From assembly GCA_041645215.1 (NCBI GenBank), contig JBAZQK010000007.1, forward strand, positions 8,976 to 72,975: DNA of 64,000 bases, in the 5' to 3' direction. The position numbers and the translations under genes are program-made. The notes under the pieces were generated by a model, which saw nothing but the letters and a program-made list of their open reading frames with translations, was not told the DNA's origin and did no database searches. The first letter of the stretch is position 1. Each line of letters begins with the position of its first letter. Positions 1 to 8,228 of the stretch are shown here, in pieces. The stretch comes from Patescibacteria group bacterium (lineage in GTDB: Bacteria; Patescibacteriota; Patescibacteriia; Veblenbacterales; UBA10138).

Positions 1-595
1 CATAGTATTCATTAATTAAATGAGTAATCACTGATTTATACAAAAGACGGATTAGTATTTGTAATAAATAATTAGCCATTTCTTGATAGTCAGGTTCAGT
101 AATAATAGTTCCATCCTGTGCCATTTTAACAATTTGTAACAATTGATTAAAATGTTCAGGCTTAGAACCAACTACCAGCTGATTTTTAACTCCTGCCATT
201 AACATAGCCGGTCCGCCAATGTCTATCAATTCAAATTTCTCATTTTCGGTTTTATCTTTGTCGGCAAATGCCTCTGCCGTTGGATAGGGGTTAACATAGA
301 GCAGGTCCATTGGTACCATGCCCATTTCTGCTAACTCTTCCATATGTTTTGGTTTTGCCTTATCAGCCAAAATACTGCCAAAAACCGGCTGTGATATGGT
401 GACAATCCTGTGATCAAACTTAGGTTTACCGACAATGGTAGTAAGATCAACTAACTTAACACCATACCCGGTTAAAAAGGTAGCTGTACCACCCGAAGCG
501 TAAATTTGGATTTCTGATTCTGCCAATTTTATGACAAAATCAACCAAAGCTTGGTCCTTTGTAAAAGACGATATTAATGCGTTTTTAATTTGCAT
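1..595 (-). CDS. PurH-like IMP cyclohydrolase / MGS-like domain protein, runs off the left edge of the window
   Basis: Not in the ORF track. Manual translation from ATG 595: MQIKNALISSFTKDQ...YASGGTATFL...HRIVTISQPVFGSILAD...YVNPYP...IDIGGPAML, matching PurH N-terminal motifs (SGGT, NLYP, IDIGG). GAGGA SD upstream. Confidence 0.8.
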   Translation of the reverse strand, partial: MQIKNALISSFTKDQALVDFVIKLAESEIQIYASGGTATFLTGYGVKLVDLTTIVGKPKFDHRIVTISQPVFGSILADKAKPKHMEELAEMGMVPMDLLYVNPYPTAEAFADKDKTENEKFELIDIGGPAMLMAGVKNQLVVGSKPEHFNQLLQIVKMAQDGTIITEPDYQEMANYLLQILIRLLYKSVITHLINEYY

Positions 596-721
596 TTTTC
601 CTCACTTGATTGGGTTGATAAATATTTTATTTTGCCATCACTTTATCTTAACTTAACCAAAAAGTCAAACGACTTATACCCATATAAGAATAAGTCGTCA
701 AAAATAAATCTAACTTAGATA

Positions 722-1597
722 CTACAATTTACCTTTAAAAAACGAATAACCAATAATCTTATAGCCAAGCTTAGCCGCCAAAAAGTCGCCCGCCGGCTGC
801 CCGGGAATCGGCGCCAGTTCCACAATATCAGCACCCACAATTTTTTTAGTCTTGGCTACGGCGCGCAACAAATTAAGCACCTGATACCAAGTAAGTCCGC
901 CCGGTTCCGGCGTACCTGTACCCGGCACTAAAGAAGGGTCAAAAGCATCTATATCAACTGTTAGATACACTTGATCACTTAAGCACTTTAACACTTTAGC
1001 AATCGGTATATCTGGGGCGGGAAAGATTCTAGATTCTAACTTAGTTTTTTTAATGAACTCAATCTCTTCCTCACAAGTAGAACGAATTCCTACCGCCACC
1101 ACTGGCACACCTAAATCATAAACTCGCCTCATAGCGCAGGCGTGACTATATTTAGAACCTTGGTACTCCTCGCGCAAATCAGTATGCGCGTCTATTTGCA
1201 AAACTGACAAATTCTTATACTTATTCTTTAAGGCCGCCACCACGCCCGGGGTTATAGAATGCTCTCCGCCCAAAACCAACGGCCATTTTTTAGACTGAAT
1301 TATTTTAACAACTTCGTTATTAATTCGTTTGATCGTGGCCTCGGGGCCGGTCATATCCGGCTCTAATTCGCCCAGCGTAAAAAAACCCAGACGGGAAATA
1401 TCTTTATCTATTTCCGTATCCCATAATTCCAGATGGCGCGAGGCTTCAATAATGGCCGCCGGGCCCCGGCCCGTGCCAGCGCCATAAGTGGTAGTGCCTT
1501 CATAGGGCACTAGTAAAATCGCCACCTTGGCCTTAGCCCAAGAAATTGGTTCCAACCCACCGTAATTATATGGCTCTTTGGAAAATTTCATTTTCAT
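722..1597 (-). CDS. speB: agmatinase (ureohydrolase family)
   Basis: GGEHS, DAHTD and DIDAFDPSLVPGTGTPEPGG Mn-binding motifs; directly downstream of arginine decarboxylase. Confidence 0.92.
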   Translation of the reverse strand: MKMKFSKEPYNYGGLEPISWAKAKVAILLVPYEGTTTYGAGTGRGPAAIIEASRHLELWDTEIDKDISRLGFFTLGELEPDMTGPEATIKRINNEVVKIIQSKKWPLVLGGEHSITPGVVAALKNKYKNLSVLQIDAHTDLREEYQGSKYSHACAMRRVYDLGVPVVAVGIRSTCEEEIEFIKKTKLESRIFPAPDIPIAKVLKCLSDQVYLTVDIDAFDPSLVPGTGTPEPGGLTWYQVLNLLRAVAKTKKIVGADIVELAPIPGQPAGDFLAAKLGYKIIGYSFFKGKL

Positions 1598-1681
1598 AAA
1601 TTAAAATTTCAATTACTAATTTTAATCAAACCCTAAATCCCAATAACTAAATTAAGAAAAATGCTCAAATTTTAAATTTTG

Positions 1682-1802
1682 ACCCGCCTGCCCCGCTAAG
1701 CGGGGCCTGCCAAAGCCGCTGTGTCAAACACGCTCTAGCTATAAATTAAAGTGATGAAATTTGGCGTCAATCCATCCATTAGGTAAGGCCACGGCGGGCA
1801 GG
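1682..1802 (-). mobile_element. CCTGCCCGCC...GCTTTGGCAGGCGGGT miniature element (copy A) with nested CCCCGCTAAGCGGGG palindrome
   Basis: Ends match copies at 9673, 9993 and 47622. Confidence 0.75.
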
Positions 1803-1824
1803 TTTTTAAATTTTAAATTTCCCA

Positions 1825-3213
1825 TTACCACCCGAACTGACGGCCGATTTCCTCGGCCGTCTCGCGCTTGCGAGCCACCGTAATAACCCCGTTTTGAATA
1901 ATAATTTTCATAGGTGACGATAATAAACAGTGGTGTGAAGCCAGCGCATCCTGATAAGCGCCGGTATCAAGCACCGCCACATAAAGTTGATCGCCATTCT
2001 CTAAATCATCAAGCCGCGGCAAGGCTATGTAATTGCCGCCGTTAGTGTACTTGTCATCGGAATCGCAAGATAGTCCGGCTAACCAGACCCGCGCTAACCG
2101 ACGGGAGTTTAAATAATTAACTGGCAAAATATGCCATTTTTGATGAATCGCCCAGGTGTCTTTCAGATCATTCATAAAACTGCCATCAATAACATACCAC
2201 TTCTTAGCGCTGGTGTTTTTGGTGATGTCTTTTTCACTGATAACGCGATAAATCGTAATTTGCGCCGGCGCCACTAAATAGCTTCCCCATTCAGCCAGCA
2301 CATCCGGATGCGGCACATTGTTTTTGTCACAAATACTTTGGATTATCCGCAAAATTCTTTTGACAATCGCCTCGGTTGAAAACAGGGGATGTTTTAAAAA
2401 GGGCACGGGCATACCGCCGCCAATATCTATCATATCCAAACTGGGATTTTTCTTATGCAACTCCAAATATACCTGCATAGCTTTTTTAAGCGGCGTAGTG
2501 ATATCTTCCACATACTCCAGTTGTTTGGAGGTATGATAATGCAGTAATTTAAGGTTGCGAATTCGACCTAACGGCAAAATATCCTCGGCTGTTAAACCAA
2601 AGCGGTTAAACTTTTTGTCCCAATGGCCATGTACCCTAACTTGCGGATCAAGCCGAATGCCAACATCGCCTTTATAGGTTGAGAGCGCGGCCAGCTCAAA
2701 CTTATCTTCAATAATTGGTGTTATTGATAAACCTTTATCTCGTAATTCACTAATCAAAGATAAATAGTGATTGGTTTTAGGCCCGTTGCATATCACCCGA
2801 ATTTTACTGGAGAATTGCCCTTGTTCCCATAAGCGCTTAACCAGCCACAACTCATTGGCGCTGGTGACTTCAAGATTGGCGCCTTCCGATAAAATTGGCA
2901 GAACGAATTCTTTATTTTGGCTGACTTTCATTGGATAATGATAAAAAAACTTGCCGCGGTAACGGTAGGCCTTTATCCAATGATTAAAAATATTAGTCAA
3001 ATCGCTTAAACGCCGCTCAACCACAAACGGAAAGGCTATTTCCAAAGGGCTGCCAAATTTTTTGACAAGTTCCCACAGATTGTATTGATAATTTCCTTCC
3101 TTAACTATCAATTGGCCATCTTTATTCAGGTCGTAAAAATCAGTATTAACTTCCGGCCGATTAAGCCTCCACAAATTACGGTAGTATTTTAGTTTAGTCA
3201 TCTTAACGGACAA
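1825..3213 (-). CDS. speA: PLP-dependent arginine decarboxylase (fold III, short SpeA-like)
   Basis: YPMKVSQ (PLP lysine, cf. YPIKVNQ), CNGPK, DIGGG, SCDSDD and GAYQD motifs; adjacent to speB. Confidence 0.8.
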   Translation of the reverse strand: MSVKMTKLKYYRNLWRLNRPEVNTDFYDLNKDGQLIVKEGNYQYNLWELVKKFGSPLEIAFPFVVERRLSDLTNIFNHWIKAYRYRGKFFYHYPMKVSQNKEFVLPILSEGANLEVTSANELWLVKRLWEQGQFSSKIRVICNGPKTNHYLSLISELRDKGLSITPIIEDKFELAALSTYKGDVGIRLDPQVRVHGHWDKKFNRFGLTAEDILPLGRIRNLKLLHYHTSKQLEYVEDITTPLKKAMQVYLELHKKNPSLDMIDIGGGMPVPFLKHPLFSTEAIVKRILRIIQSICDKNNVPHPDVLAEWGSYLVAPAQITIYRVISEKDITKNTSAKKWYVIDGSFMNDLKDTWAIHQKWHILPVNYLNSRRLARVWLAGLSCDSDDKYTNGGNYIALPRLDDLENGDQLYVAVLDTGAYQDALASHHCLLSSPMKIIIQNGVITVARKRETAEEIGRQFGW

Positions 3214-3258
3214 TTAACTATAAAACCCTTTAACGGATAATGAGATGGTTTCAATTAA

Positions 3259-3588
3259 TTATAAGACCTTCCCGCGCAACTGGCGACGTCGTTCCAACTT
3301 ACCCTTAACCTTAGCAATCTGGCGCTCAAGTTTAGGAATAATCATATCTATAGCCTCGTGCATATCAGCCGCTAGATATTCAGCGTTGATATCCGGACCC
3401 GGCACCTCCACTTTGACATCCACCCGATTAGTAAAAGCCGCCTGCCGCGACCGCTCCACGCTCAATTCTACCCGCACCCGGACTATTTGCCGCCAAAACC
3501 GCGCCAGCTTGGTAAACTTAGCGGTGGCGAAAGTTTTCAGGCTGGGGGTGAGTTTAAAGTTTTTCGCGCTGATAATCAAATTCATCAA
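3259..3588 (-). CDS. hpf: ribosome hibernation factor HPF/RaiA (short form)
   Basis: ISAKNFKLTPSLK...DMHEAIDMIIPKLERQIAKVKGK pattern of the S30AE family. Confidence 0.88.
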   Translation of the reverse strand: MMNLIISAKNFKLTPSLKTFATAKFTKLARFWRQIVRVRVELSVERSRQAAFTNRVDVKVEVPGPDINAEYLAADMHEAIDMIIPKLERQIAKVKGKLERRRQLRGKVL

Positions 3589-3784
3589 ATATCATTAACA
3601 ACTGATGCTTATAAATATAAAAGAAACCGCTGGTAAATGCAAATAGTGGATAACTTAGCCGAATTTTAAAGGTATTGCCGCCATAAATTTGACAGTAGTA
3701 ACGGTATGGGGTTAAGGTAAATTACCAACAAAAGCCAATTAAAATGAAATTTAACAATCTAAAAATGTCAATAACAACAAATAT

Positions 3785-4762
3785 ATGAGGAAACTAACTA
3801 TGAAACATGGAAAAATCAAAATATTTTCAGGCAATGCCAGTCGTATTTTGGCAAAAGAAATTTGTATCCACCTGGGAATACAACTCAGCCAAGCCGAAGT
3901 AGGGCGTTTCAGCGACGGCGAAGTTAAAATAAAACCACAGGAAGAATTCAGAGATTGCGACGTATTTATCATTAATTCAACTCAACCACCGGCTGAAAAT
4001 ATATTCGAGTTGGCTTTGTTGGCGGATGCCGCCATCGGCTCATCAGCCAGTCGCGTAACTTTAGTGATTCCCTATTTAGGTTATAACCGCCAAGATAGAA
4101 AAGATAAACCTCGAGTACCAATGAGCGCACGATACATCTGCCAGATGTTATCATTGACCGGGGCCCAGCGCGTACTCCTCCTTGATCTACACTCAGAACC
4201 AACTGCTGGATTTTTTGATCGTCATATAGTTGTTGATCATTTGTACAGCTCAAAAATCAGCGTTGATTATCTTAAATCGCTTTTAAAAAACAATTTTGTG
4301 GTAGCGTCTCCAGACAAAGGTGGTACAGCGCGGGCTGAAGCCTATTCTAATAGACTCGGATTATCCGACTGCGTTGTCTTTAATAAAAGGCGTCCCAAAG
4401 AAAATGAAGTTGATGAAAGCTCAATTAAAATAATCGGGGATGTAAAAAATAAAGATATCCTCTTTGTCGATGATATAATTGATACGGCAAAGACAATCAT
4501 TGGTGACGCCAAAGCAGCTAAAAAAGCAGGCGCTAAAAATCTCTACGTTTTTGGCACTCATGGACTTTTTTCCGATAACGCAATTGCCAAACTGGATAAA
4601 AGTCCGATTAAAGAAATAGTTATAACTGACACTATTTACCACAAACCGGAAGAATTAAAAACCAGTAAGATTAAAATTACCGTACTATCGGTAGCACAAC
4701 TACTAGCCCAGGCAATTCACCGTATTCACGAAGGAGAATCAGTCTCTTCTTTGATAATTTGA
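3785..4762 (+). CDS. prs: ribose-phosphate pyrophosphokinase
   Basis: FSDGE, PYLGYNRQDRK, DLHS, SPDKGG and VDDIIDT motifs. TTGACA(3689)-18-TAAGGT promoter upstream. True start may be ATG 3800. Confidence 0.96.
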   Translation: MRKLTMKHGKIKIFSGNASRILAKEICIHLGIQLSQAEVGRFSDGEVKIKPQEEFRDCDVFIINSTQPPAENIFELALLADAAIGSSASRVTLVIPYLGYNRQDRKDKPRVPMSARYICQMLSLTGAQRVLLLDLHSEPTAGFFDRHIVVDHLYSSKISVDYLKSLLKNNFVVASPDKGGTARAEAYSNRLGLSDCVVFNKRRPKENEVDESSIKIIGDVKNKDILFVDDIIDTAKTIIGDAKAAKKAGAKNLYVFGTHGLFSDNAIAKLDKSPIKEIVITDTIYHKPEELKTSKIKITVLSVAQLLAQAIHRIHEGESVSSLII

Positions 4763-4776
4763 TAATATGAGTCAAA

Positions 4777-4806
4777 AAAAGAGAGTCGAAACTAAGACTC
4801 TCTTTT
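4777..4806. terminator. bidirectional intrinsic terminator between convergent prs and murB
   Basis: AAAAGAGAGTC-gaaactaa-GACTCTCTTTT stem with A/T tails. Confidence 0.8.
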
Positions 4807-4815
4807 AATTTTTAC

Positions 4816-4862
4816 CCTCGAGTAACAAAAGAAACCTAGCCTTTAGGTCGGGGGGGCTTCAC
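4816..4862 (+). mobile_element. minimal IS200/IS605-type remnant
   Basis: Follows TTAC and ends CCTTTAGGTCGGGGGGGCTTCAC, resembling IS605/IS1341 right ends that finish in TCAC. Confidence 0.55.
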
Positions 4863-4867
4863 TTGCC

Positions 4868-5836
4868 TTAGAATCCTAAATACCTCACTTCCTCCCGCAA
4901 CTGAATGCCGTATTTATCGCGTACTTGCTGCTTGATGTAGGATATCATCGTTATCACATCCTCGGCCCGGCCCGTGCCGGTGTTAACCAGATAATTGGCA
5001 TGGTTGTCGGAAATTTTTATGCCGCCGATCGTTTTGCCTTTTAACCCGGCGCGATCAATCAGCCAGCTGGCCGGCAACAAACCGCGGCTGATAAATTGCT
5101 CCAGCTTTTCCTCGCCCGCAAATTTTTGCCTAATCTCGTCGGCATTAGTTATCGGCACATTGGTAAATATGCAGCCGGACGACGGCAGATGATACGGTTG
5201 ATTTTGCCGCGCGGCCATATATATTTTTACCAGTTCCTGACTGGCAGCTTTATCGCCCGGTTCAAGCTCAAAGGCCGCGCTCAAAATAACATCGTTGTTA
5301 TGCTTAAACAAAGAATCGCGATAGCTGAACTGGCAATCATCGCGGGAAATATGAATAAGCTTGTCATCGCGGAATATCACCACCTCTTTTACCCAATCGC
5401 CGATAAAACCCTTGTTAGCCTGCGGCTGACCGGCGTTACCGTAAATCGCTCCGCCGACTGACCCCGGCACGCCGACCAGCGGCTCAAACCCGCTTAACGA
5501 CGCGGCCACGGTTTTTTGCACCAAAAACGCTAAGTTGACGCCCGCGTCAGCCACAACCTTGGTACCATCAATTTTGTAATCTTCATTTTTAACTTTAATA
5601 ACCAAGCCGTTAAAACCCTGGTCATTGACAATTACATTAGTTCCGCCACCCAAAATTATCACCGGAATCTTTAATTCCATCGCCACTTGGTGAACCTTGA
5701 TTACTTCGTCGGCGGTACGGGCCATAAAAAAATATTTGGCCGGCCCGCCAATTTTAAAATTAGTGTGATTGGCTAACGGCTCGTTAATCAACAAACCGTC
5801 ACCTAAATTATTTTTTAACTCCAAGGATACATCCAT
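4868..5836 (-). CDS. murB: UDP-N-acetylmuramate dehydrogenase
   Basis: HTNFKIGGPA, LGGGTN, GVPGSVGGAIYGNAG, SSGCIF and HANYLVN motifs. Start reassigned to MDVSLEL. Confidence 0.95.
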   Translation of the reverse strand: MDVSLELKNNLGDGLLINEPLANHTNFKIGGPAKYFFMARTADEVIKVHQVAMELKIPVIILGGGTNVIVNDQGFNGLVIKVKNEDYKIDGTKVVADAGVNLAFLVQKTVAASLSGFEPLVGVPGSVGGAIYGNAGQPQANKGFIGDWVKEVVIFRDDKLIHISRDDCQFSYRDSLFKHNNDVILSAAFELEPGDKAASQELVKIYMAARQNQPYHLPSSGCIFTNVPITNADEIRQKFAGEEKLEQFISRGLLPASWLIDRAGLKGKTIGGIKISDNHANYLVNTGTGRAEDVITMISYIKQQVRDKYGIQLREEVRYLGF

Positions 5837-6037
5837 AGTTAGCAAATAGCAATTGGCTGATAGCTTAAGGGCAACTGGCAAAATTATATATTTGAAACGC
5901 ATTATAAGCAATGGTTTAAAAACTAAAATAAATTCAATAATCAACAAAAAATGCGCCACCATGATTATGGAACAATAAATTCAATGATTAATTTTGTCTT
6001 AACCTAGCCAAAATAAATTATTATGGTTCCACGACTG

Positions 6038-6066
6038 TTGACAAGTTGGGGTTTGGGGTGTATGAT
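6038..6066 (+). promoter_or_regulatory. near-consensus sigma70 promoter
   Basis: TTGACA (6038-6043), 17 bp spacer, TATGAT (6061-6066). Confidence 0.8.
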
Positions 6067-6104
6067 AGTAGGTTAAAAATTTAATTGTCAATTTGGCGCG
6101 GGCC

Positions 6105-6266
6105 GTGCTTGTCCTGTGAGCCACAGCCAGCAAAAGGTGTTTACCTTGATACCGGTTTACAAGCACACACGAAATGCGGTTCCCCACAACAGTCGCGCAG
6201 CGATACAACGGGAAGCAACGCAGTTTATGAATGTTTATGATACTGGTATCTGGGCAAACACCTTTT
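6105..6266 (+). ncRNA. candidate structured RNA: 135-nt rod-like hairpin with a competing helix
   Basis: AAAAGGTGTTT/AAACACCTTTT, GATACCGGT/ACTGGTATC, TGCG/CGCA, TTCCC/GGGAA and GTCGC/GCGAT pair in register. GTGCTTGT (6105) can pair alternatively with ACAAGCAC (6159). Family not recognised. Confidence 0.5.
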
Positions 6267-6284
6267 TAAATAAAAGAATTTAAA

Positions 6285-6380
6285 ATGATTTTGCCAGAGA
6301 CATCAATACCTTGGAATGCTACTATTCTGGCGCTAGCAACGATGACTGCAATAATAAGTTTTAAAAAGACCACAAAATAA
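6285..6380 (+). CDS. putative 31-aa hydrophobic small protein
   Basis: Manual translation MILPETSIPWNATILALATMTAIISFKKTTK*: one hydrophobic stretch and a basic tail; below the ORF-track cutoff. Confidence 0.35.
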   Translation: MILPETSIPWNATILALATMTAIISFKKTTK

Positions 6381-6491
6381 CCCCTTTGCGCATACCGAGT
6401 TGGGGAATAAGTCAAATTTAATTTGCCATTCCCTCCCACCCAAACCTACAAACCTTCGCCGGTTTAGGCGGGAACCTTAACAAATATTGGC

Positions 6492-6632
6492 CCTTACTAA
6501 CTTGGAGGGGGAACAAAGTTATAAGCGACGGATTGCGGCTGGTGTGAACTAGCTTAATCCGTATTACTTATAACCGAGCTTAGTGAACTTCGGTTCAAAA
6601 CTAGCTCACTGTTGCCCTCCGGATTAGTAAGG
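6492..6632 (+). ncRNA. candidate three-way-junction structured RNA / leader element
   Basis: Closing helix CCTTACTAA-TTGGAGGG / CCCTCCGGA-TTAGTAAGG. Arm 1 GTTATAAG/CTTATAAC plus ACGGATT/AATCCGT. Arm 2 GAGCT-AG/CTAGCTC capped by TGAAC-TTCG-GTTCA (UUCG tetraloop). Confidence 0.6.
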
Positions 6633-6667
6633 ACAAATCATAAATAACAAAAATAGGAATTTAAAAA

Positions 6668-7045
6668 ATGAAAAAGCTAAACAAAATATTTTTTTGGCTA
6701 TTAATAATAGTCTCGGCAATTTCCTTTCCGGGATACAAAACAGCCTGCAGTTGCGCAGACTTCTTGTTGCCAGAAGCAACTTTCAACTTCCAGGTTAATA
6801 ATCGCTCCAAAGATGTGATTACCTGCTGGATATTCAGTGATCAACTTGGACTATTCAAACCGGGTCAACTTGCTACTTTTAATAAAACCTACGACGCCGA
6901 GCATTATCCCTCGGTAGCTGATTATAAACTGGATGCTTATTTCACCGCCCGCAATGAACGGACTGGCAAGTTGAGTAAGGCAAAAAAAATTCTGCTGACA
7001 ACGCGGAAAATTGAGTTAATTGAATTCAGTGACAATGATTTCTAA
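6668..7045 (+). CDS. hypothetical exported protein
   Basis: AGGA SD; basic and hydrophobic signal-like N-terminus followed by ACSC; no family recognised. Confidence 0.7.
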   Translation: MKKLNKIFFWLLIIVSAISFPGYKTACSCADFLLPEATFNFQVNNRSKDVITCWIFSDQLGLFKPGQLATFNKTYDAEHYPSVADYKLDAYFTARNERTGKLSKAKKILLTTRKIELIEFSDNDF

Positions 7046-7061
7046 ATATACCGGAGTTAAA

Positions 7062-7319
7062 ATGAAATCTTTTATTGGCCTATTTTATGATGAAGTCAAA
7101 CATAAGGGCGTTAAGGTGGTCATCCAAGAAATTGATGACGACGACGTTATTAGCGCTCTAATAGAAAAACATCGTCGCGGCTACAGCGGTTTGTTAGAAA
7201 TTGAACCGTCGGAAATGGAATTCATCAAAAAACTGTCAGCCGCTGAACTTGAAAAATTTCGTAACATCATTGGCCAGTTGGCATACAAGGCCCTAAATGA
7301 TGGCAGACTTATGGCTTAA
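7062..7319 (+). CDS. hypothetical protein
   Basis: GGAG SD (7053-7056) before ATG 7062; 85 aa, protein-like composition. Confidence 0.7.
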   Translation: MKSFIGLFYDEVKHKGVKVVIQEIDDDDVISALIEKHRRGYSGLLEIEPSEMEFIKKLSAAELEKFRNIIGQLAYKALNDGRLMA

Positions 7320-7348
7320 CTTTAAAAACAAACCAACGCCTCCTCCAA

Positions 7349-7447
7349 GTGCTGGCAACTAACCAGCACTCCCTTCTTAAGCTCACGATTAACTCGCGGT
7401 TTTAAGAAGTCACCAAACTTCTGCCCCTACGCGGAAGTTTTTTGTTT
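7349..7447 (+). terminator. three consecutive hairpins ending in an intrinsic terminator
   Basis: AGTGCTGG/CCAGCACT, CTTCTTAAG/TTTAAGAAG, then AAACTTCTGC/GCGGAAGTTT followed by a T tract. Confidence 0.65.
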
Positions 7448-7779
7448 ACTATTTTTTCTCCTTTGTATTTTTGTATTATCGTGTTAACCACGCATCACAA
7501 TGGGTGCCTGGCACTGCACATTGATACAAAGAAAAATAGTCCAGTTATACCACAGACTACGCTTCCTCCCCCAGCCTAAAAACTGGGGTTCCTATAGACG
7601 ACTGACTAGGATATTTTGTCAAACCCGTAAGTCCTGAATAAATTAACGACGCAAACAGCCGATTCATTTTGAATCAGCTATTTTATTTGTAAAAACTCAT
7701 TAGTAAAATTGCTCCGCTGCGGTGACCGGATTTATTTTACTAATGATAATTCAGTTTAAAGAAAAGACAATCACGCCAG

Positions 7780-8225
7780 CTAACGAGCCTGACGAGCGCT
7801 GCCGAAACAAGCGGCGCTGTCAGCGCCGCTTGTTTCGTAATTCGTATTTCACCCTGCGGGTGACCACCCGCCATTCGGCCTCGACGAGTTCGACAGAGGT
7901 TCACTCCAAGTCCTCATGGCCAAGAGGTAGAGCGACTTGATTCGTAATTCGGATTGCTATTAACGCGCAAAACTAACTTCAGGGAATTATGTCCGGCCGG
8001 ACATATTTCCCTGAAGCATCTTGCGGCGAGGTGAGTGAATTTACTCTCCCTTGTTCACCTTTTTGAGGACTACGGCAACCCGCCATCGGCCTCTTATAAT
8101 TGATGATTACTGCTTAGTGCTGTAGTTTTCTATTTAATAGCATCGTTTACTTTGTACAGGCTTAGGCAGGCGGGGGGGGGAAATTCCGCCGAGATACCAT
8201 CCCCCGGTACTTCGGGATGGAACTT
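7780..8225. repeat. cluster of GC-rich REP-like palindromes
   Basis: Near-loopless palindromes at 7803-7837 and 7977-8016. The TTCACCTT..TGAGGAC motif is shared with the 15.3 kb element. Confidence 0.65.
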
Positions 8226-8228
8226 TAT

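Noticed and set aside
596-720. ZTP riboswitch upstream of the purH-like gene
   Set aside because: No GACTGGCG / CGCCTGGGC motifs; the region holds a terminator-like hairpin and a promoter.
7700-8130. tmRNA, RNase P RNA, SRP RNA or tRNA
   Set aside because: No GAGGAAAGTCC, SRP GGAA-loop helix, T-arm/CCA end or cloverleaf; the stems match dispersed REP-like motifs.
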